DNA of 64,000 bases from Planctomycetota bacterium (lineage in GTDB: Bacteria > Planctomycetota > Brocadiia > JAADGH01). Below the pieces are notes generated by a model that saw only the letters and a program-made list of their open reading frames with translations, did not search any database and was not told where the DNA came from. Both the position numbers and the translations under genes were made by a program. The DNA is taken from the NCBI GenBank assembly GCA_040755855.1, contig JBFMAD010000007.1, forward strand, positions 64,001 to 128,000, read 5' to 3'. Of the stretch, positions 1 through 7,566 are shown one piece after another; positions within the stretch are counted from its first letter, which is position 1; the number at the start of each line of letters is the position of its first letter.

Positions 1-1
1 G

Positions 2-1768
2 GCCTTCCGCGATCCCTACTGGCTGGATAAGGTGGTGGATCACTTCGACCGCATGAGGACCAGCCTGAGCGATCCCGAAGGCGACGGCTTCCTCGCCTGG
101 CGCGACGGGGCCTACTCCGTCGGCGTCGTCCGCCTCGCCTCGAAATCCAATGCTGACGGTCTGACCATCGAGCCGGAGACCAGCCGCGCCTGGGTCATCC
201 GCGATCGCGGCGGCGAAGCCGTCACCGGGCACAAGTATTCAATTGCCTTCCCAAAACCTGACGCACTGGTGGTTCGTGACGAGACCGAAGACAAGATCAT
301 TGTGACAAGCGACTACAAAGACAAGATCGTCCTCAACGGGATTCCCCCGCAGAGCGACAAGGACAAGCGCGTCCCGAACGGCATCCCCGGCAGCCGGTTC
401 ACGATCGCCGGCCCAGCCAGGGCCGGGGCGAGGTTCGAGTTTGAGTCTATTCGCGGGGAGGAGATCGAATACCAGGTGCACGATGGGATGATCACCTACC
501 CCATCGCGCAGTTCATCGAGATCGTCTTCAACGATCCCGCCCTCCATGAAAAATACAAGAAGAAGGCCGACGAGTACCTCGCCTTCATTGACAAACACAT
601 CCGCGAGAAATGGGAACCGACCTGGGTCGAGCTGCCGGACGGCTGCGGCGCGTACGTCTTCACGGCGCACGAGACGCAGCGCTTCCCCAAGGGCCTCCTG
701 CCCCACAACCAATACCTCGCCCTCGCGCGGACCTACCTTGTGCTGAAGGACGTGAAGGGCGCGCCGCATCGGGACATCTACCTCGAAAAAGCCGCGAAGA
801 TGGCGAAGTACTTCAAGAAATGCCTTCGCGCCGAGGGCGACGCTTATCTCTGGAACTACTGGGACCCCTACCCCGAGATCCCGGAGGTCCGACGATATGT
901 GGAGGACACCGGCCACGGCACGATCGACATCGGCTTCGTCTGCGAGGCCTGCAACCGAAACGTCGTCTTCGCCCCCGACGACCTGACGCGCTTCGGGAAC
1001 ACGTATGCCGACCGCATGTGGAACCAATCCCAGGACGATCCCATCATTCGCGGGCGCGTTGACGGGGCCAAGTCGCGCGTCGACGGACGGACGATCCACG
1101 AGTACGTCAAACTGTCCCAGTGGAACGCGAAGGTGTGGGATGTCGCAACGCATATTCGCCGGGCTTATCCCGCGACGGGCAATGTCCCATCCATCCTCTA
1201 CATGGCCGCCGGCATGACGGGCATGGACGCGGCGGAGATCAATCGCTTCCACATGCTTCGGACAGGCATGGAGAAGGCCCTGGCAGAGGGGACGGTCATC
1301 AACGGCGATTTCGAGCTGGGCGGCCCGCCGGAGGGCCCTCCGTACGGCTGGCAGTGTGGGGTGTGGAGCAAGAGCAAGGGCGGCGTCCGATTGGTCCAGC
1401 CCGGGAGGGATAGCGCGTATGCCCTCCTTCTCGAAGGCATCCCCGGCGAAGGGGGCAATGTCAACGTGGTGGCCTATCCGCAGATCAGGACGAAGGCGAC
1501 GAAGCCCACGAAATTTCGCATGAGCATCTATTACCGCACCGAGGGGACCCCGAAGCCCTACTTCTCGTTTCTCGGGTATGGGGCGGAGGAGTCGAAGGAC
1601 AAGCAGTACGACAACTCGCCACCCCTCGAACCCTCCACCGAATGGCGCAAGGCCGAGTGGGAATGCAACAGTCGGGAGGGGGTCGGCGAGGTCTGTTTCT
1701 ACCTCCGCAACGGCGGGGCGGGGAAGGTCTTCTACGACGACTTCCGCATGGAGCGGATTGATGACTGA
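2..1768 (+). CDS. 5'-truncated hypothetical protein, helical (alpha/alpha-toroid-like) core plus C-terminal CBM4/9-like domain
   Basis: Frame is open from base 2 (AFRDPYWLDKVVDH...), so the gene starts before the window. The C-terminus INGDFE...W...GKVFYDDFRME has the CBM4/9-like pattern. Confidence 0.7.
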   Translation, partial: AFRDPYWLDKVVDHFDRMRTSLSDPEGDGFLAWRDGAYSVGVVRLASKSNADGLTIEPETSRAWVIRDRGGEAVTGHKYSIAFPKPDALVVRDETEDKIIVTSDYKDKIVLNGIPPQSDKDKRVPNGIPGSRFTIAGPARAGARFEFESIRGEEIEYQVHDGMITYPIAQFIEIVFNDPALHEKYKKKADEYLAFIDKHIREKWEPTWVELPDGCGAYVFTAHETQRFPKGLLPHNQYLALARTYLVLKDVKGAPHRDIYLEKAAKMAKYFKKCLRAEGDAYLWNYWDPYPEIPEVRRYVEDTGHGTIDIGFVCEACNRNVVFAPDDLTRFGNTYADRMWNQSQDDPIIRGRVDGAKSRVDGRTIHEYVKLSQWNAKVWDVATHIRRAYPATGNVPSILYMAAGMTGMDAAEINRFHMLRTGMEKALAEGTVINGDFELGGPPEGPPYGWQCGVWSKSKGGVRLVQPGRDSAYALLLEGIPGEGGNVNVVAYPQIRTKATKPTKFRMSIYYRTEGTPKPYFSFLGYGAEESKDKQYDNSPPLEPSTEWRKAEWECNSREGVGEVCFYLRNGGAGKVFYDDFRMERIDD

Positions 1769-1795
1769 TCTGCGGCGCGTGGAATGCTTTTATTC

Positions 1796-1824
1796 TTGAC
1801 AATACTCGTCTGACTCGCTATTTT
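1796..1824 (+). promoter_or_regulatory. sigma70-type promoter for tRNA-Val
   Basis: TTGACA (1796-1801), 17 bp, TATTTT (1819-1824) in an AT-rich patch just upstream of the tRNA. Confidence 0.55.
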
Positions 1825-1869
1825 ATACTTTATAATTGGTAAGTGGGTGTATTGTCAATACAGTTCTGT

Positions 1870-1946
1870 GGGCGATTAGCTCAGCTGGCTAGAGCACTAG
1901 CTCGACAAGCTAGGGGTCGCAGGTTCAAGTCCTGCATCGCCCACCA
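1870..1946 (+). tRNA. tRNA-Val(GAC)
   Basis: Acceptor stem GGGCGAT/ATCGCCC, anticodon arm CTAGC-TCGACAA-GCTAG (GAC), T-loop GGTTCAAGTCC, encoded CCA end. Confidence 0.97.
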
Positions 1947-2050
1947 TATTCCTCTTTTCCGCGGCTTTTGAGACCACTTCAAGGCGTTTCCTGTCAGGTT
2001 TCTTTGCCGAACTGTCCTGCGCCGACTCCAGTACGACAGGTGGCGACAGA

Positions 2051-2080
2051 TTTTTGGTCTCCTTTTTGGTCCCCTTTTGG
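2051..2080. repeat. 12-bp tandem direct repeat (putative integrase arm-type sites)
   Basis: TTTTTGGTCTCC TTTTTGGTCCCC TTTTGG, about 105 bp from the tRNA 3' end. Confidence 0.5.
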
Positions 2081-2149
2081 ATGTCTGGATTTTTCCTTAT
2101 CTCGAACCCACCTGCCGCCATCTCAACCTGCTGCTCTTCAGTATATCCC

Positions 2150-2310
2150 TCTGATAGTGCCTCGGTGACCGGTAGCCGTTCCACCCCCTCCGCTTGATTC
2201 ATCAACTGAACGTGGGTGTAGGTTTTTATGGTTGTCGTGATCTGAGCGTGCCCGTGAAGAAGCCGTCTTTCGATCACTGGGGAAAGATTGCGCCGTGCTC
2301 CTGAGCTTTC
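2150..2310 (-). pseudogene. C-terminal remnant of a tyrosine recombinase/integrase
   Basis: RLLHGHAQITTTIKTYTHVQLMNQAEGVERLP resembles the box II GH-x2-I-TT-x2-Y-T-H catalytic end. It points toward the tRNA and the rest of the gene is missing. Confidence 0.7.
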
Positions 2311-2497
2311 AGTAAACCGTACCTTCGGGCTTATGTCAGCGCCGATGAGTAGATCGAGTTTCAGGTATTGCGAAAAAACGCCCTTGCTTCAATCGTCGCT
2401 ACAGCCCATTTCCCCCACTGACTTGACAAGGATGTGGTCAGTCTGAGTAAATATGTCCGTGTGAGTTTGGGGAGCATTGTTTTTCGAAGGAGAAATA

Positions 2498-4996
2498 ATG
2501 AGGACGAGATCAAGGCATATGATGGTTATCGCGCTCGGCGCATGGCTGTGCGTTGCAGGTTGCGAGATGCCCGGCACGGGAGACATACCGGGACGGGAGA
2601 CCTTCGGCGGGGCTCAGCAGCAGTACGTGTTTTTCGCGAATGGCAAGCCCCTGTGCCGTTTGGTTCTGCCCGCCAAGCCGGAACCGGAGGAGCGCGAGGC
2701 GGCGGAGCTGATCCGAAACACGTTCCGCGATATGGGGGGCGGCGAGGCCGCCATCGTCAATGATCCCGCAGGGGCATTTGACGGGGTGGAGATTCATGTG
2801 GGACCGACCGAGTTCGCGAAGGGACTCGTGCTCCTGCCGAAGGGTATGGACCTGGACGGGTTCGCGATCCGGCCCCACGATGCGGGCCACCTGGTCCTCT
2901 TGGGCGGACGGCCCGTGAGCACGTTCTACGCCGCCGCCGAGTTCCTCGAACGCTATGCCGGCGCGCTATGGGTGTGGCCGGGTGAATATGGCACGGTGAC
3001 GCCGAAAACAGATCGCTTTGAGGCAACCGTGCGGGAGCAGGTCTCGGAGCCCGCCTTCGCCGCCCGTCAGTATTCGGGCATGGGCAAGGCCAAGATGGCC
3101 TACCACCGCATCCACCAGACCGCTCGCGAGCTCCGCAGCAGCTTCCACCACAATGTCTGGACTGTGCTGAAAGAGGATATGTATGCCACGCACCCCGAGT
3201 ACTTCTCTCTGGTGGACGGCAAGCGGCGGCAGCCGACCAAAGACAAGAGCAATTGGCAGGCGTGCACGACCAATCCGGAAGTGATCCGGATCTTCCTCGA
3301 GGCGGCCAAGCGGCAGTTTAAGGAGCGTCCCTGGAACCGAGCGTTCAGTGTCTCGCAGAACGACGGCTACGGCTTCTGCGAGTGCGACAAGTGCCGGGCC
3401 TTGGATGTTCCCGGGCAGGAAGGCGTCAGCGATCGGTATTTCACTTTTCTGAATGCCGTTGCCGACGGCGTCCGCGATGAGTATCCGGACAAGCTGATCG
3501 CCTGCTTCGCGTACAGCCAAAAGGGGACCGCGAGTGTGCCTGTCCATGTCAAGCTGCGGCCCAACACGCTGATCTATGCGGTCGTGCCCACGCTGGCGGA
3601 TCATCACAAGACCATCGTCGAGTGGAGCAAGGCCGCGCCGAATCTCGGCGCATATTTCTGGCTTCACGGCAAGGCAGTGCCCAAGTTCTACCCACACCGA
3701 TGGGCCGAGTACCTTCGCTTCCTGCGCCGCTACAATGTCCGTGAGGTCTATGCCGAGGTCTACCAGGACTGGGACGTACGGATGGCGAGCTGGGCGCTGG
3801 ATGGGCCTCGGGTCTGGATCACGTCGAAGTTGCTGTGGAACCCGGATGCGAACATTGACGAACTGATGGAGCGATTCTGCCGCCGGTTCTACGGCCCCGC
3901 CTGGGAACCCATGCTCCGCTATTACCGCCAATGCGAAAAAGCTTGGGGGCGACGCGAGGATCCGTTCGACTTCGGCAAGAAGTGGAAGGAACTCGAATTC
4001 GAGTCCTACAACACGGCGGATATGGACGTCATGGAGGACTGCATCAACAAAGCAACGGCGCTGGCCAAAGAGGACGCGACCGTGACCGCGCGACTCAAGG
4101 CACTGAACACCGCCCTGACGCCTGTCGCCGGATACGTGCGACAGCTCGACCTGTCGAAGGTACTGTCCAAGGAGGCCATCGGCAGCCGCGCCGACGCGGG
4201 GGCGGTCGTGGCGAAGGTCTACCAGGCCGAGGCGGCGGGGCAGAAGCTGACGCGCGAGGGCCGCTCCCTCTTCGGGACAATGCCCAACGAAACGGAGACC
4301 GCGATTGATGACTGTTTCTGCCGGATTACCCAGGTTCTGGGGGCTGATGCTCCTGCGTTCTGGGAGAATGTGAAGGCCACGAAACCCGAGTTGGAGCGTT
4401 TCGTTGCGCCGCAACTGCTTGCCCTCAGCGGCAAAGTGGAGAACATCGCTGCGAATTCGTCCTTCGAGGTGCAGGCCGCTTCGACCAAGGAGGCTGATGA
4501 AAAGCTGGAATGGCAGGCGCTGAATGCGCCCGGATGGGGCCAGTGGATGCAGGGCGGCAGCCCCGGCAACGTCGGGGTGGCGATCGGGGTTGCTCGCACC
4601 GGAAGCAAGTCATTGGTGATTAGCGGCGTCAGGTCCGCCTGCGGCATCTACACGCAGAAGGCGAAGCCGGGGGAGCGCTATCGCGTGAGCTGTTGGGCCA
4701 AGACGAGCGTGCAGCCGAAGGCGGGCCAGGATCGCGCCGGCGGCAGCATGACCCTGAAATGGCAGACGGCGGAGGGCAAGTGGGTGGAGGGGCCGCCGGC
4801 CGTCACAGCCAAGTTGTCACCGGGCGCATCGGAGTGGACGCGCCTTCAGGGGGTCGTGACGATCCCTACCGGTGTGGGACGACTGGTCATTCTGCTCCTT
4901 GCCGAGAAACAGGATGCGGGGGAGCAGACGTGGTTCGACGATCTCTGCATCGAGAAGCTCTGCGAAGCCCCTGGGAGGGCCAGCGCCGGGAAATAG
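2498..4996 (+). CDS. DUF4838-domain lipoprotein with C-terminal CBM4/9-like domain
   Basis: SD AAGGAG, lipobox-like LCVAGC, motifs THPEYFSLVDGKR, SQNDGYGFCECDKC, SKLLWNP...FYGPA, C-terminal NSSFE...WFDDL. Confidence 0.8.
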   Translation: MRTRSRHMMVIALGAWLCVAGCEMPGTGDIPGRETFGGAQQQYVFFANGKPLCRLVLPAKPEPEEREAAELIRNTFRDMGGGEAAIVNDPAGAFDGVEIHVGPTEFAKGLVLLPKGMDLDGFAIRPHDAGHLVLLGGRPVSTFYAAAEFLERYAGALWVWPGEYGTVTPKTDRFEATVREQVSEPAFAARQYSGMGKAKMAYHRIHQTARELRSSFHHNVWTVLKEDMYATHPEYFSLVDGKRRQPTKDKSNWQACTTNPEVIRIFLEAAKRQFKERPWNRAFSVSQNDGYGFCECDKCRALDVPGQEGVSDRYFTFLNAVADGVRDEYPDKLIACFAYSQKGTASVPVHVKLRPNTLIYAVVPTLADHHKTIVEWSKAAPNLGAYFWLHGKAVPKFYPHRWAEYLRFLRRYNVREVYAEVYQDWDVRMASWALDGPRVWITSKLLWNPDANIDELMERFCRRFYGPAWEPMLRYYRQCEKAWGRREDPFDFGKKWKELEFESYNTADMDVMEDCINKATALAKEDATVTARLKALNTALTPVAGYVRQLDLSKVLSKEAIGSRADAGAVVAKVYQAEAAGQKLTREGRSLFGTMPNETETAIDDCFCRITQVLGADAPAFWENVKATKPELERFVAPQLLALSGKVENIAANSSFEVQAASTKEADEKLEWQALNAPGWGQWMQGGSPGNVGVAIGVARTGSKSLVISGVRSACGIYTQKAKPGERYRVSCWAKTSVQPKAGQDRAGGSMTLKWQTAEGKWVEGPPAVTAKLSPGASEWTRLQGVVTIPTGVGRLVILLLAEKQDAGEQTWFDDLCIEKLCEAPGRASAGK

Positions 4997-5039
4997 GGTT
5001 GCACAGAGAAACGTCTTCACGGAATCAGGGAGAGAAAAA

Positions 5040-6044
5040 ATGACAAAGACACATGTGGCGATCCAAGGCGTTTGCGCCTGGCCGAACCTCGTTCAGTTCC
5101 CCGACGGAACCATTATTGCGACAATCTTCAATCAACCGACCCACGGCGGATGGGAAGGCGATCTGGACTGCTGGGCCAGCGTGGATGGCGGGCAAGTATG
5201 GGCCTTCCGCGGTCGGCCCGCGCCGCACGATCCCACGACAAACCGCATGAATTGTGGAGCCGGACTGGCCCGTGACGGCAATATGATCGTCCTGGCCTCC
5301 GGATGGAGCAAACGCCCTCCGGCCGGAACATACCTTAGTCCTCACGAGGGACAGGTTCTTCCGCTCTGGGTGTGCCGCTCCAGTGATGGGGCCAGAACAT
5401 GGCAACATGTGGAAGACGCGGTTTCTCCGCCTCCCGGTCCGCATCACCCCCTCATTCCATTCGGCATGATTGTACAGAATCACGACGGTACCCTGGGCGC
5501 CTCGATGTACGGCTGGGGCGCCGATCCCAAACAGCGCGAAGCGCTGTTCTATGTCAGTCGCGATGATGGAAAGACCTGGGAGTTGCGCTCCACCATTGCC
5601 CAAAACCTGAACGAGACGACTCTCCTGGCTTTGCCGAACGGCCGCCTCCTCGCCGTAGCCCGAACAGCGGGCGACCAACACTTGGAACTTTTCTCCTCCG
5701 CGGACGCTGGTACAACCTGGCAGGCAAAAGGCCCCCTGAGCCTGCCCAGCCAGATTCCCGCGCACATGCTTCGCATCACCGACGGACGTGTCGTACTCTG
5801 CTATGGCAATCGTTGTCCGAATAACTGCGGTATTGACGCGCGCATCAGCCGAAACGACGGTGAGACCTGGGGTCCCCCCATCCGGCTGGCGAACATGCCA
5901 TTCAGCGATGGAGGCTATCCCGCCAGCGTCCAGCTCGCGGATGGCGGCATCGTCACCGCGTACTACAACCAGATTTCCGGCAAGTATCACTACGAGATGT
6001 GCGTAGCGACCTGGGACATCAATGACTATGACAAAGTCAAGTAG
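5040..6044 (+). CDS. BNR/Asp-box sialidase-like beta-propeller protein (no signal peptide)
   Basis: Five Asp-boxes (SVDGGQVW, SSDGARTW, SRDDGKTW, SADAGTTW, SRNDGETW) and C-terminal DGGYPASVQLADG. Confidence 0.85.
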   Translation: MTKTHVAIQGVCAWPNLVQFPDGTIIATIFNQPTHGGWEGDLDCWASVDGGQVWAFRGRPAPHDPTTNRMNCGAGLARDGNMIVLASGWSKRPPAGTYLSPHEGQVLPLWVCRSSDGARTWQHVEDAVSPPPGPHHPLIPFGMIVQNHDGTLGASMYGWGADPKQREALFYVSRDDGKTWELRSTIAQNLNETTLLALPNGRLLAVARTAGDQHLELFSSADAGTTWQAKGPLSLPSQIPAHMLRITDGRVVLCYGNRCPNNCGIDARISRNDGETWGPPIRLANMPFSDGGYPASVQLADGGIVTAYYNQISGKYHYEMCVATWDINDYDKVK

Positions 6045-6055
6045 GGGGGGCGCAA

Positions 6056-6225
6056 GCGGATTGCCGAATCAACCCCCAGCGGACGTTCAAGGTCCTCGCC
6101 GAGCGCTATCCCCTCGCCAGTCAACCCACCATGAGCAGATTCGAAAACGCCGCCACACCGTCGGACCTCTGTTGTACCACGGGTGACGACAGGATGCTGG
6201 TCTCCTTCTTGGTCTTGCGATAATG
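6056..6225 (+). mobile_element. IS1380-family transposase remnant
   Basis: Short frame reads TFKVLAERYPLASQPTMSRFENAATPSDL. LASQPTxSRxEN is a characteristic IS1380 transposase motif. No start, no ends and no full ORF. Confidence 0.55.
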
Positions 6226-6415
6226 AAATACCCACTGCCCACCCCGGCCATCGCCCCTGCTGGCCAATACGCCCCCGAAAATCTTAAAAAACCCACGACC
6301 CCTTTCCCGCATATATGCAACGAATATTTTAGAGAGCATTCTGTCCCCACAGCAGATAGCGTCGAGGACAGGATTATTTCGAGCACGTTGTCCAAATGCA
6401 GGGAAAGGAGCTACG

Positions 6416-7012
6416 ATGTGCTTCGTTCGCTACATTATGTCCGGCCTCATCGCCATCTGTGTCTCTACGGCGGCCTCCGGCCAGCATATCGTTCATCTCA
6501 AGAACGGAAACAGCATCGCGGGTGAGGCCTATGTCTTCGACGGCATGTGCACCATACGCGTCCCAAATGTCGGTGAGATGGAGTTCCCCAATTCGCTCGT
6601 TTGCATGATCGCGCCAGACCCGTTGTGGGCGCCTGGCGCAACGGAGCCGTCCGAAGCTATAGATACAACGGCAGCTTCGGACGCGGTGCGCCACCCGGGC
6701 CCCACGCCGGCAGCCGTCACGAAAACCCATGGCGACAGGAAAACGCCGGGGCCGGAGGGCTATAGGACGCAAGAAAGACATCCCAGTCCCGATAGGACGT
6801 GCGCCCAGTCGGAATCGAGGCGCAAGAGGTGGAGCCGGAGTCGCAGCCATATGGAATACACCTCGTATTCCTATTCCCCAACCGGGACGACATGTCGGGC
6901 AACTACCGAATCGCTTTTCCATGGCACCGGAAACTCCTCCAGCCGAGGTGTATCCCCTCAAAACCTGAACACGTCCTTCAGGACCACGTCAACAAGGATC
7001 TTCCGCAAATAG
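6416..7012 (+). CDS. hypothetical exported protein, possibly degenerate C-terminus
   Basis: SD AAGGAG, signal-peptide-like N-terminus, IVHLKNGNSIAGE motif, then a Ser/Thr/Arg-rich tail. Confidence 0.45.
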   Translation: MCFVRYIMSGLIAICVSTAASGQHIVHLKNGNSIAGEAYVFDGMCTIRVPNVGEMEFPNSLVCMIAPDPLWAPGATEPSEAIDTTAASDAVRHPGPTPAAVTKTHGDRKTPGPEGYRTQERHPSPDRTCAQSESRRKRWSRSRSHMEYTSYSYSPTGTTCRATTESLFHGTGNSSSRGVSPQNLNTSFRTTSTRIFRK

Positions 7013-7087
7013 CCTTCCGGTAACAGCAAAGCCAGGGATGGGTCGTGACCTCGGCATGAGTTCAGCGCCCAAGAAATACCCCTCCAC

Positions 7088-7121
7088 TTGCCGGAACGAT
7101 CTATTCCGGCAACGTCTCTTT
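7088..7121 (+). terminator. hairpin, probable intrinsic terminator
   Basis: Perfect 9-bp stem TTGCCGGAA/TTCCGGCAA followed by a pyrimidine run. Confidence 0.5.
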
Positions 7122-7200
7122 CATTCATAGGACGCCCAGCCGAAGTAAGATAGTCCCCCGCGCCCGGGTGTCAACGCCATATGCTCCTCCGATGGAAGGA

Positions 7201-7229
7201 TTGCTTTGACAACCCCGATCCCCTATAAT
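7201..7229 (+). promoter_or_regulatory. sigma70-type promoter upstream of the AOR locus
   Basis: TTGCTT (7201-7206), 17 bp, TATAAT (7224-7229). Confidence 0.6.
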
Positions 7230-7316
7230 ACCGCCAGTATGCCAGCCAGTGTCATTGAGAAACCAAGGTCTTTAGGTGAAAGATCACAACCGTTACGAAG
7301 GACCAGCCTTAGACTG

Positions 7317-7430
7317 ATGAGTACCCAATCCATACCGGTATCCGTTGGGGCGTGGCATGGCAATTACCGGGAAACCCTACATTTCCCCAAGACGTGGGAG
7401 GTATAAGTGTGCGACGTGATGAATACTTGA
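7317..7430 (+). pseudogene. possible N-terminal stub of a LarA-superfamily (lactate racemase-like) gene
   Basis: MSTQSIPVSVGAWHGNYRETLHFPKTWEV*VCDV resembles the IPxGAWxG...L.FP..WEV.V start of LarA-like proteins. In-frame TAA at 7404. Confidence 0.3.
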
Positions 7431-7566
7431 AAATTCCTGTCGCTACGGAAGGATGCCGTTCATCGGTGAAGTGGGGCAAGGCAATGCCAAACCGTGAAGT
7501 CCGCAGGCGGGCAACAGGCTCTTGATAGTCATGTTTCTGAACTCATGGGTTGGGAGGGATTGGGAG

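Noticed and set aside
7206..7229. TTGACA...TATAAT perfect promoter
   Set aside because: The spacer is only 12 bp. TTGCTT at 17 bp is the better -35.
7290..7380. CTGATGA hammerhead-like core
   Set aside because: No correctly placed GAAA and no stems I-III could be formed.
7409..7560. GTGCGACG resembling a group II intron 5' end
   Set aside because: No domain V/VI or reverse transcriptase was seen downstream.
7230..7560. Moco/Wco riboswitch upstream of the AOR
   Set aside because: I could not match the consensus by eye. It needs an Rfam scan.
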